A DNA stretch of 64,000 bases from Giardia intestinalis (lineage: Eukaryota). The position numbers and the translations under genes were made by a program. Where the stretch lies: NCBI GenBank assembly GCA_000002435.2, contig CM018793.1; one strand, given 5' to 3'. The stretch's first letter is position 1. Each line of letters opens with the position of its first letter. The notes beneath the pieces were generated by a model. The model searched no databases and had not been told where the DNA came from. It saw only the letters and a list, made by a program, of their open reading frames with translations. Below are positions 26,760 through 35,759 of this stretch, piece by piece.

Positions 26760-27600
26760 ACCAGAACCAGAAGCCCGACATCTGGCTCGTCGACAAGTGC
26801 AAGGCGATAGAGGTGGGTGTCATCCAGCCCCGCCAGATGGATGCCTACTACAACGAGAAGGTCAAGAAGTACAAGGACGGGACGCTCCCGATCATCTATG
26901 GGACGGATGGATCCCTCCACCCCAAGTCCAAGAAGCACCTCGAGGAGCTCCACGTGGACCTCTGTCCGGGCTGCCTTCGCCATCGCCCACATGGCTGCAA
27001 AGGCGAACGAGCACCTGACGAAGCTGATCAAACGGGCCGGGCCGAAAGCCTGGTCACCCAGAGCGACCGTCTCCTGTCATCCTACTTCTGACAACTGAAC
27101 GAATCCATCCCTGGGACCCGACGACAACGACCGAGAGGGGGCGCAAGACTGGACACACAACCGAGTTGAATCCCAACCAGAAGAGAAAGCCCTGATAGCT
27201 GCTGCCGATCTGTATGGACAGTATTGAGGATGACAACAAAGACCAGAGCTTCACCTACTATGAAGAGAGACCAAGGAGAGGCACCCTAGTAGACCAGCGA
27301 GCCTGCAAGACGGCCTGATCTCCAAAAGGACCTATGTGCACACCTAGATCGAGCACACACCCGCAGAACAGCCGAGGAACGCAATAGCTCCTCCCTACCA
27401 CCACTGTGGTCTTTATATTGATACACGACCAACCCTCGTCTCTGGACATCGCCAAAAATTGAGCGGGAATTTACTCGCGAGATTTGCGGACAGCGCCCGC
27501 AGGCGAGGGCCCCAGCAGCACACCACTGGAAGCAACCGGTGGGTGGAGTAAATGACTAGTTGCTTTTTACGCGTTGCTTCTGGATGTGCGGGTCTCCAGT
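26760..27600. repeat. Mosaic 3'-flank repeat region (copy A). Segments recur at 30500–30900, 42110–42400 and 52540–52700, and they carry a decayed coding remnant (…TLPIIYGTDGSLHPKSKKHLEEL…).
   Basis: DNA-level similarity: 26860–26940 vs 30560–30640; 27270–27330 vs 30790–30850 and 52570–52600; 27450–27560 vs 42270–42390 (gggaatttactcgcgag…cagcagcacaccactgg vs caagaatttactcgtgag…cagcagcacagcactgg). Confidence 0.55.
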
Positions 27601-27696
27601 GTGTGCAGCACGCACTCTGCAACTGGCTAGTGTGTCCGGCCACAGGCGGTCATTTTTACCCTACACGGGGAAACATCAGCAATTAAAAATCTACTA

Positions 27697-29433
27697 ATGC
27701 TGGTATTATTGTTCTTCAACATGTTTTCTAACAATCTGATACCTCAGACAGACGACAGGTCTACTCTAGACAGGAGTACCTACTATGTTGCCTGTGAGGA
27801 GGACCAATCTGATTGTGTGGAAAATAAGTGCGTTATATTCGCTCACGAGAGGCCTCTATGTACCGAATGCAAGTCTGGAAAAATCCCTATCGACGGAGAG
27901 TGTGTCGACGCCAACAGTGTGCCAGGGACAACTGTGTGTGAACAAGAAAATGTTAACGGCGGTGGAACACGCTGTAAGTCATGTTCTAGTGGAAATGGAA
28001 GTAGGAATACTAGTGACGGTGTAGGTTATTTTCTATTTTACGGGGGCTGCTACAATAATGATGAGTGGCCTGGCACAGACATCTGCAAGACCGTTTCAAA
28101 CGGGGTGTGCACAGTTTGTGATACTGAGTATGGGGCCGTTTTTACAAATTTAGATACTACCACCGATGAAAGGTGTATCCTATGTAGTGATACACTATCC
28201 GGAATGGAAGGCTGTGCGACTTGTGTGTCCCTTCCTCAGAATCCTGCGCCAGATAATGCAAAGGGCGCCGCCAATCTCCAATGTACTTCCTGCTTAGATG
28301 AGACCAAAGCCCCAATCGATGGAGTATGCGCAACCTTTGGCTCTAACAGGTGCAGAAATGGATACTGTACTCATTGTGTAGTTGGTTATATTTATCATAG
28401 GGGCGGGTGCTATAGTAATAACAAGGAGGGAACTAAAATATGTGCTGAGGTCAACCAAATAGAGATAGGTGGCTATTCTGCTTGTAAGCAGTGTACCAAC
28501 ACTAGTGAGGCCCCACACAATGGAAACTGTAGGCAGGTAAGTATTTTACATAGCTGCAGAAAAGATAGTTCAACCGGAATGTGCGAAGCTTGCAACCAGC
28601 ATTTCTATGGCCGCCCTATCTTCCTGTACAAAGGCGGCTGCTACGTCATCACTGACCCCCTTGGAGACACCATATGCAAAAAGACGTTCAACGGTAAATG
28701 TACTATTTGTAATGGGGACCAAGGATACTTCATGAAGGATTCGACATGTACTAGATGCGATGAGTTTGTCCCTGGTTGCGCTGTGTGCACCCCTAGCCCT
28801 GATGCCTCCAGTGCTCCTGTGTGTGCCAGCTGCAGGGCCGGTAAATATGCAACCGTAGACGGTGCTTCCTGCGTCGACTCATGTCCATCGGGTAGCTCAG
28901 GTAGCTGCGATAAAAGTAATGTCTGTAGCTGTAAGTGCAGTACAGGAACCTACTTGGATGCCGCCACAAATACATGTAGCGCATGCAATTCAGCTTGCGC
29001 AGACTGTATAGGCCCTGAACCCGATAAGTGTACATCGTGTGCTTCAGGAAAATATCTCAAGCGCGATGCATCTGGTGCCATTGAATGTATAGATTCTGTT
29101 GACTGTGGTGAGGGGTATTATGCAGATAGTGCTACCAACACTTGTTCTTCGTGTGGTATTGACAAGTGCCAGACGTGTGCTTCTGATAGTGGTGTGGTCA
29201 AGTGTATGAAGTGCCTTTCTGGGTATCTTTCCATCGATAGCCTTTCATGTCAGTCCCAGTGTGATGGACCAAATCAGCAAGGACATGCCAATGGCAAATC
29301 CGTTTGCGAATGCATTGCAGGGGCTTATCTGGAGGGCTGTGTCCAGTGCGACTCAGCACGCCTGGAGTGGGTCCAGGGTCTGATCACTGCACAAGTGCTC
29401 CTCGGGAAAGTACACCAAGATGAATGGTTCTGA
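27697..29433 (+). CDS. High-cysteine membrane protein, N-terminal ORF segment of a frameshifted gene (paralog of the HCMP at 40196).
   Basis: Signal peptide MLVLLFFNMFSNNLIP, then cysteine modules collinear with 40196..42025 (CTECKSGKIPIDGECV, GGCY repeats). The frame closes at 29433 inside a module. Confidence 0.7.
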   Translation: MLVLLFFNMFSNNLIPQTDDRSTLDRSTYYVACEEDQSDCVENKCVIFAHERPLCTECKSGKIPIDGECVDANSVPGTTVCEQENVNGGGTRCKSCSSGNGSRNTSDGVGYFLFYGGCYNNDEWPGTDICKTVSNGVCTVCDTEYGAVFTNLDTTTDERCILCSDTLSGMEGCATCVSLPQNPAPDNAKGAANLQCTSCLDETKAPIDGVCATFGSNRCRNGYCTHCVVGYIYHRGGCYSNNKEGTKICAEVNQIEIGGYSACKQCTNTSEAPHNGNCRQVSILHSCRKDSSTGMCEACNQHFYGRPIFLYKGGCYVITDPLGDTICKKTFNGKCTICNGDQGYFMKDSTCTRCDEFVPGCAVCTPSPDASSAPVCASCRAGKYATVDGASCVDSCPSGSSGSCDKSNVCSCKCSTGTYLDAATNTCSACNSACADCIGPEPDKCTSCASGKYLKRDASGAIECIDSVDCGEGYYADSATNTCSSCGIDKCQTCASDSGVVKCMKCLSGYLSIDSLSCQSQCDGPNQQGHANGKSVCECIAGAYLEGCVQCDSARLEWVQGLITAQVLLGKVHQDEWF

Positions 29434-30094
29434 CACGGCCACATGTGTCGACGCGTCTGGCTGTGGCGATGGATACTATGCGGATCCAGAAGAGCTCCAG
29501 TGTGCCACATGTGGAATTGAGAGCTGTCAAGCATGCACTCCTAAGGACAACGACCTCGTGTGCACACGGTGCTCCCCCGGACTTGTCTCCGTCGATGGTT
29601 TCTCGTGCCCACTCACATGCACGGAGCTGAGTCAGAGAGAGGAGGATGGAAGGTGCGTCTGTGCAGAGGGCTTCGAGCCCAGCAGTGACGGCGCATGCAT
29701 CGTTAAGAACACCTGTCCATCAGACGCCACAGGGTGCTCGAGCTGCAGCGCAAGTGGCGAGTGCCTCTCATGTGCGGACAGCAATCACAACGTCCAGCCG
29801 AGCAAGAGATCCTGCGCTTCAGGCTGTCCAAGCGGATCAGAATCAGTCGGCTCTCTCTGCATATGCATGGAGGGGTACACCCTCAGGGGTGACACATGCG
29901 TCTCTCAGACCAGGAAGGCCAGTTCCAGCTCCACGACGATCATCGTGGCAGTCGTTGTCTCTCTTCTCATCATAGCGGCTGTCGCCCTCACATGTTGGTT
30001 CGTCCTGCGGAGGCGGAGAGAATCGAGGGCAGCTTTGAAGAAAAGGGTGATAGCTGAGAATATGAAGCTCATGGGGACGGTGGACGAGTTCTAG
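29420..30094 (+). CDS. High-cysteine membrane protein, C-terminal ORF segment (extra Cys modules, TM and RRRR…GTVDEF tail) of the same disrupted gene.
   Basis: It continues the module …SGKYTKMNGSDTATCVDASGCGDGYYADPEELQCATCG… in a different frame, and ends TCWFVLRRRRESRAALKKRVIAENMKLMGTVDEF*, like the paralog. Confidence 0.65.
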   Translation: MNGSDTATCVDASGCGDGYYADPEELQCATCGIESCQACTPKDNDLVCTRCSPGLVSVDGFSCPLTCTELSQREEDGRCVCAEGFEPSSDGACIVKNTCPSDATGCSSCSASGECLSCADSNHNVQPSKRSCASGCPSGSESVGSLCICMEGYTLRGDTCVSQTRKASSSSTTIIVAVVVSLLIIAAVALTCWFVLRRRRESRAALKKRVIAENMKLMGTVDEF

Positions 30095-30499
30095 CTCTGT
30101 GGCCGTGCAGACTGTAGCTCATAACGAGTGAATGCTCAGTGATCCATTCTGAGCCCGCACCCTTCAGGCTGGCGCTTGGCTCCTCGTTAGTTTCCATCCT
30201 GGGCTGTGACTCAACCAGACTCTGCTCTGAGGCATGACCTACTTGGTTCACCGAGGCGAGTCACGTCACTGGACACCCTCGCCCTCTTACCCAATTGGCT
30301 CCAACGATTAGATGCCGCAATTCAGCAGAAGGGGAAACGCGATAGAGAAGCCGGAATTTAGTCTTTGCAGCTGCAGCCAAACACACTGCACAGAGTGAGC
30401 GTCGACATGATCTCGTACTGGATGACGGAGCATCTGCAAGAGCGCCCTGCGATCCATGAGCAGAGGGCCGGGCCTCTTCCCCGACACAACACATGGGAG

Positions 30500-30900
30500 C
30501 TGTCCGCCGGCATCCACGAACGCGTACTCTAACTCCAAGATAGAGGTGTACGGGGAGCGCACCCTCCCGATCATACTCGGGATCGACGGTATAATCTATG
30601 AGAAGACGAAGAGGCACCTCGAGGAACGGGGTAGACACCCGAGGTCGTGGCGTATCCTATCTTCGTCACGGAACACCAGGGCCACGAAGCAATCCTGAAG
30701 TACATGGCCAGAGTCAATTGCTCTGAGACCAGACTGCTGTGACCGACGGCAGGCCCGAGACAACGGGTGTTCACTAGATATCAGACGATGGTTGACTCCG
30801 ACGGACCAAAGGAAGAGAAGTTCTAGAAGACACTGCGAGGAGCGGCAGCGAGTTTCTAAGGAAACAGAATATGAACTTTTCTTCTCCCACCAAGATCTGA
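30500..30900. repeat. 3'-flank repeat, copy C (downstream of the frameshifted HCMP), a shorter degenerate relative of 26760–27330.
   Basis: caccctcccgatcatactcgggatcgacggtataatctatgagaagacgaagaggcacctcgaggaa vs copy A gacgctcccgatcatctatgggacggatggatccctccaccccaagtccaagaagcacctcgaggag. Also ggaccaaaggaagagaagttctagaagacactgcgagg vs A/E segments. Confidence 0.55.
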
Positions 30901-32028
30901 GGACATCCAAATTCCAGATTCTGGATCCTGGGTTTCAAGTCTTGAATTCTGGACTTTGTTAAAAGTGAGTGGGAGGCCTGCTTGCCCAGAGCGGCGGTGA
31001 CTCACACTGGGGGTTTACTCGGACAATCAGTAAGCTAACTCCGGTGTTTCCCTTCTGGTAAGCTCCTAACATCCGACAGAACAGGACCACAGGCTCCTGT
31101 GTCGCCGCAGTACGTGTCTGTTTCCTTCACCAGGTGATCTTACTCTCGCAAATGACTCTGCCACCGGCTCTGTCGTCTTGAAAGAGTCTATACTGCAGAA
31201 CTTCCCGTGAACTGTTTCTATGCAGATTAGAAATCTTACGTGCTTACCAACGTAGGGATCCAATAACATGGCGCCATGCTCACAGTCCCAGGGTCACCAG
31301 ACAATGGAGCACGGGGCTGAGAAACTCAGATTGCAGCAGTCCAGCTCTTGAGAATCCCTGCATATATTAGGACAGAGTGACTGGGCTAGCACACAGTGAC
31401 ATATTGAACCAGCCAGAGAGGCAAACAATCTCCTCTCATGTAAGACCCCTGTATATCTAGGGCGCCCGGACCATCCGAACTCATAGGCATGCATCCAGTT
31501 CAATATCGGCAATCTAAGCACTGATGGACCGGTTGTGAAGCAGAGCCAGTGCCGACCCCAAGAGCTCAACTGCTCTGGGATAGAGCGTCGTATATGAGCT
31601 TGGTTACCATGAAATGTGTAGTCAGAGCCTGCCACTAGCTATAACTATTGTTTTACCTCAGCTGGTTGTGGAGTCTTCACGAAGCTCGATGCACACCCGA
31701 TCTGCTAAACTAATGAAAAGTAATTACTATGCCCTTGTTGAGATGTGATACGTTGAAATGCTTGTGTACTATAGATAATACCATATCAAGAGCTATGACA
31801 CCATCCATTGATCTACAAGAGGACGATTACATGACTGGCACAAATCTCAACTTCGCCAAATTGCTTAACCTAAAACACAAAACGCGGTGAGAAGAGAAAT
31901 ACTTTGCAGAATAATGGCGTTTAATGTTTCTATTAATTAGACACGTCATATGAATAGTTAAAAGTCAGCCTAAATTGCCACGTTCTTAAGGATTTATCTT
32001 TACATCGCTCATATTTGCTACATATCCA

Positions 32029-33297
32029 ATGCGATGCAGCGTCGGCTCCAAGCACCATACTCTGTTCCTTGCCATGGCGATGATAATTACAGGCACCTTC
32101 AATACTGTCTCCAGGAAGATTTCATACCAAATGGAAGGTAAGAACATTAAGGGTGAACAAGAGCAATATAACAAAGCGTGGATCACAACTTTCTTCATGT
32201 TCCTTGGCGAGAGTATCTGCTTGGTCATCTTTTACATAAAGAGGTGCATCGCCAAGCGGAAAGCTTCTGCAACACCTCTTGATGCAACTGCTGGCAGCGC
32301 AACGGAACCTGAGCAGAGAAGCACCACGGTCCTCAATGATGTCATCCATAACTCTGGCTGCGTGGAGACTACTGAGTCCCCGCAGAATACCCAGGTGACA
32401 ATAGCGGATGCGAGGAAGGGTGTGACAGGCTCACTGCCTTATTGGAAGTTTGTTCTAGCAACGACCTGCTTCGCTGTCCTGGACCTTATACAGACAACGG
32501 CCTTCAACATAGCCATGGTATATGTGCCGGCATCTGCAGCCCAGATTCTCCGAGGGTTTACCATAGTCTTCTGCTTGGTTCTCGCGATCCCCTTGCTGAA
32601 GAGGAAGCCGAAAATGTGGGAGATTATGGGGGTTTGCTTTGCGTTTCTTGGGCTAGTTCTGGTCGGCATTGCCACTACCATCCAGGCGCAGAACTTGGGA
32701 GAATATGGAAGCGCTCTCAAGACCATCATAGGCGTCCTGCTCGTTATTGCTGGTCAGCTCTTCTCTGCAACACAATATCTTGCGGAAGAGAAGATCCTCA
32801 AGAGTCAGGACATAGACCCCCTAATGGTTGTCGGCTGGGAGGGTGTCTGTGGCGTGATTCTGTCGCTGTGCGTTGCGTGCCCGCTGGCACACGTGATACC
32901 TGGCAGCGACCACGGGAGCCTGGAGAACTATGCTAACTCGTTGTACATGTCCTTCGTCAATGGGAACATACTAGCCATGAACATCCTGTATGTGTTGTCC
33001 ATTCTCTTCTTCAACTGGTCTGGGCTGACTGTCGGGAAGTCCCTTACGTCGACCCATCGGTCTCTGTTCGACAACTTGAGATCGCTGTTGATATGGGTCA
33101 TCATGGTCATAATATACTATTCGACGAGGCACTACAATCGTCCGTACGGAGAACCCCTCACCTTCTACTCACTTCTGGAGCTGTTTGGGTTTGGAGTGAT
33201 GATCTTGGGCGTCATGATCCACAACGACGTCCGTGGGTTTGGCGCGAAGGCTACGTGCAGAGGTGAACAAAAGGCGGAACCAACGTCTCCTAATTGA
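32029..33297 (+). CDS. SLC35F6-like (C2orf18/ANT2BP family) multi-pass solute carrier, nucleotide-sugar-transporter-like fold.
   Basis: LAMAMIITGTFNTVSRK, AWITTFFMFLGESICLVIFYIKRC, QILRGFTIVFCLVLAIPLLKRK, VGWEGVCGVILSLCVACPLAHVIPGS and LDNLRSLLIWVIMVII align with human SLC35F6 blocks (LAGLMLVTGSINTLSAKW, MFLGEFSCLAAFYLLRC, QMLRGAVIIFTGLFSVAFLGRR, VGTEGLFGFVILSLLLVP…IPAGS, LDSLRTVVIWALSLAL). ATG verified at 32029. Confidence 0.8.
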   Translation: MRCSVGSKHHTLFLAMAMIITGTFNTVSRKISYQMEGKNIKGEQEQYNKAWITTFFMFLGESICLVIFYIKRCIAKRKASATPLDATAGSATEPEQRSTTVLNDVIHNSGCVETTESPQNTQVTIADARKGVTGSLPYWKFVLATTCFAVLDLIQTTAFNIAMVYVPASAAQILRGFTIVFCLVLAIPLLKRKPKMWEIMGVCFAFLGLVLVGIATTIQAQNLGEYGSALKTIIGVLLVIAGQLFSATQYLAEEKILKSQDIDPLMVVGWEGVCGVILSLCVACPLAHVIPGSDHGSLENYANSLYMSFVNGNILAMNILYVLSILFFNWSGLTVGKSLTSTHRSLFDNLRSLLIWVIMVIIYYSTRHYNRPYGEPLTFYSLLELFGFGVMILGVMIHNDVRGFGAKATCRGEQKAEPTSPN

Positions 33298-34611
33298 TGG
33301 CGTTTTCAGGTGACTGTTGATTTCCCATTTATGTGTTTTGTTTTCAAAGTGTGTTATTCTCAAGAGTAGTTTCAAGACTGACTACCAATTATCCAATGAA
33401 TGAGTGAATATCACGCTTTTTTCTTCATGAAAGAATCATTGGAAACCTTTTTTTGAAACTGGTTGGTATACCGCATCATTCACGCCACAGAAGTTCTCTG
33501 TGCTGAGCTTTATGTTTCTTCTAGCATACTACGCTGATGCTAGCGATATTATTAACAGATTAGAAGATCTTATTATGTAAAAGACTGAGGTCGTCAGGGC
33601 TATAAGTTCCCGCAAGGGGAAGAAGCTGACAGAGTCTGCCGCTTCTCTTGCCGGGGATAAAAGTTTACACTGCCGCAAGTCGTACCTGGGAAAGTATTAC
33701 TCGCTTCGTTACCTCGACAGGATTGCTGAGTGTGAAGCAGATAAGGCTATCATTGCATGCAATCCCCGCCCTACTCTTCGTTGATTTAATCATCGGACAG
33801 TCGCTTGCTCCGTTCCTGATGGCTAGTGTGGTTAATGTTATCCCTATTACAGGCCATCGTTACGACTAGCGCTTTTTCTAAGAGTAATAGAAGCATTCAC
33901 ACAAGAATCCAAGAGAGCCCACTGAGGCCGAGCATTGATGCCATTTTAGACCACTCTTCTGCTTTATCATTTCTATCAGTAGTTCTCATGAAAGTCATGA
34001 CATCGTTTTTGTCAGTGAGGTCAAGAAGCTCCGTGATGTTCCTGTACCGCAGATCTAGGAGTCTTAGAAAGGTGACAGAACTGTCGATCTATTTCTAAAG
34101 CACTACAAAGGTTTGCGAGAACATGGCTCCTGCTTGACCATAGATTACCAGACCGGCCCGTCCTGCAGCTGCAGAGGGACCGCATTCAGTGCATGGGATC
34201 CGCGGTCTGGTCTCTGAGCTTCATCATTGGTCACTCGTGGACCCTGGGTCCTGTATGGCTACCACCGTCCCATGTTTGTCAGAAGATACATGTGGTGTCA
34301 GTTGGACGAGGCGGGCAACCTTACCTTGACGCACGGTCCTCCATTTAGCCCCTCTCTGCAGACAACGCACTGTGGCGAGGCCTCTCCGGACCATCGCCCC
34401 AGAGAAGGCAGGCAGCTCTAGGACAATCCGCTAGAGAAGCCCCATGGCACACAAAACCCGCTGTGTGAGGCGCCGCCTCTTCTGTGCAAGCGGGCCTGAA
34501 AGCCTTTGTCATTCCGTAGTGACCACGCAGTCCAACTACGCCCCGTACTGCAGGCGCTGAGGGAAGAGACAGCTCTCGGTGCGCATTGTTCCTGGCCGAG
34601 CATAGCCGGGT

Positions 34612-35106
34612 TTACTCGAAGAGCTTCAGGTAGCTGTCCACTAGCGTGTCCTTGTCAGTGTCGGTGAAGATGACGAAGGACGGGAGCGGATCGCACTTGC
34701 AGAACCTGAAGCTCTGGTTGAACGGCTTGACCACATCGCCTGCAGAGAACTCCCCGGCGTACTTCTCCGCCGTGCCCCCGCACGTGCAGATGACGCGGAA
34801 CTTCTTGCCCGCGATCACAGCCTTGGAGCCAAAGGCCCATCCGTACGTCAGCACGCTATCCATAAAGACCTTAAGAGAAGGCGGTGATGAAAACCAATAC
34901 ACGGGGAACTGGAAGAAAACTGCGTCCGCCTTCTCTATGATCCTCTGCTCCTCGCTGACCTGCTCAGGGGTCATATGCAGGCTCGGGTAGAGCTCATCCA
35001 GCCAGCGGACCTCCACGTTCTTGAGCTTCTTGGCCGCCTCAACGAGGGGCGCGTTGACGACGCTCTTCGGCTCTGCGGGGTGGGAGTAATAGAGGACGAT
35101 GTGCAT
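34612..35106 (-). CDS. Flavodoxin-fold NAD(P)H:quinone oxidoreductase-like protein (Flavodoxin_2 / NAD(P)H dehydrogenase (quinone) family).
   Basis: MHIVLYYSHPAEPKSVVNAPL…ADAVFFQFPVYWFSSPPSLKVFMDSVLTYGWAFG is the typical FMN-binding flavodoxin-like NQO signature. ATG in the context aaaaATG. Confidence 0.78.
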   Translation of the reverse strand: MHIVLYYSHPAEPKSVVNAPLVEAAKKLKNVEVRWLDELYPSLHMTPEQVSEEQRIIEKADAVFFQFPVYWFSSPPSLKVFMDSVLTYGWAFGSKAVIAGKKFRVICTCGGTAEKYAGEFSAGDVVKPFNQSFRFCKCDPLPSFVIFTDTDKDTLVDSYLKLFE

Positions 35107-35310
35107 TTTTTGTGACAGGCCACAGTGCCGGTAGTTATGTTAAGACACGACTACAAGTTATCCTGGAACCACAAAGGACGAGAGGTCTGAGGGACATCAG
35201 AAAGGACTGCTAGTGCCAAGGGTTGCAGTCACTAGCCGACAGAAGGGATGGTCTCGGCGCAACCCCACGTCTGCTGTTCGGACATTAATCAACCGTCTGG
35301 CCTTCTTCCC

Positions 35311-35754
35311 TCATCGTCTTCGCACCCGTGGAGTGGATAGTTTTATACCTGTCTGCTTGAGCGCCACATATTCTTCAATATACCCATTGAGGATCTTTGT
35401 CTGCTGCATGGTGTTCGCATTCTCTAACGACCCTCCCGCCTTCATGTCCTGGTGACGAGCCTTTTCGCTGGAGTGAACCCCGGTGCCGCCACCTGTATCC
35501 GCGCCTTCGTCGGTGCCAAGGCCAGCATCAGCGTCATCCTCTAGGCTCGGACTCACGCCCTGCAGATGTGTCTTCGTCTCCAAAAGACGCATTAGGGTCG
35601 TCTCGATCTCCCGCCGGATAATAGTGCCCTGGCTCTCCAGCCCCGGGTCAAACCCTACAGACCGAGAAACGGCCTGTGTAAATCCTTGCACACGTGATTC
35701 CAGCGCAGGCAGCTCCCTGCTAATCTTATAGTCGATCTCGATGAAACTGTACAT
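35311..35754 (-). CDS. Hypothetical acidic protein (147 aa).
   Basis: ATG verified at 35754..35752. The gene begins only 5 nt after the stop of the truncated ABC ORF. No recognisable domain. Confidence 0.45.
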   Translation of the reverse strand: MYSFIEIDYKISRELPALESRVQGFTQAVSRSVGFDPGLESQGTIIRREIETTLMRLLETKTHLQGVSPSLEDDADAGLGTDEGADTGGGTGVHSSEKARHQDMKAGGSLENANTMQQTKILNGYIEEYVALKQTGIKLSTPRVRRR

Positions 35755-35759
35755 TAAGT

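Noticed and set aside
26633-27091. 152-aa ORF (and the related 30456..30698 and 58734..59069 ORFs) inside the 3'-flank repeats
   Set aside because: It starts at GTG with no ATG, the copies are degenerate and differently truncated, and it lies in repeat DNA. I treated it as a decayed coding remnant rather than a gene, and reported it under findings.
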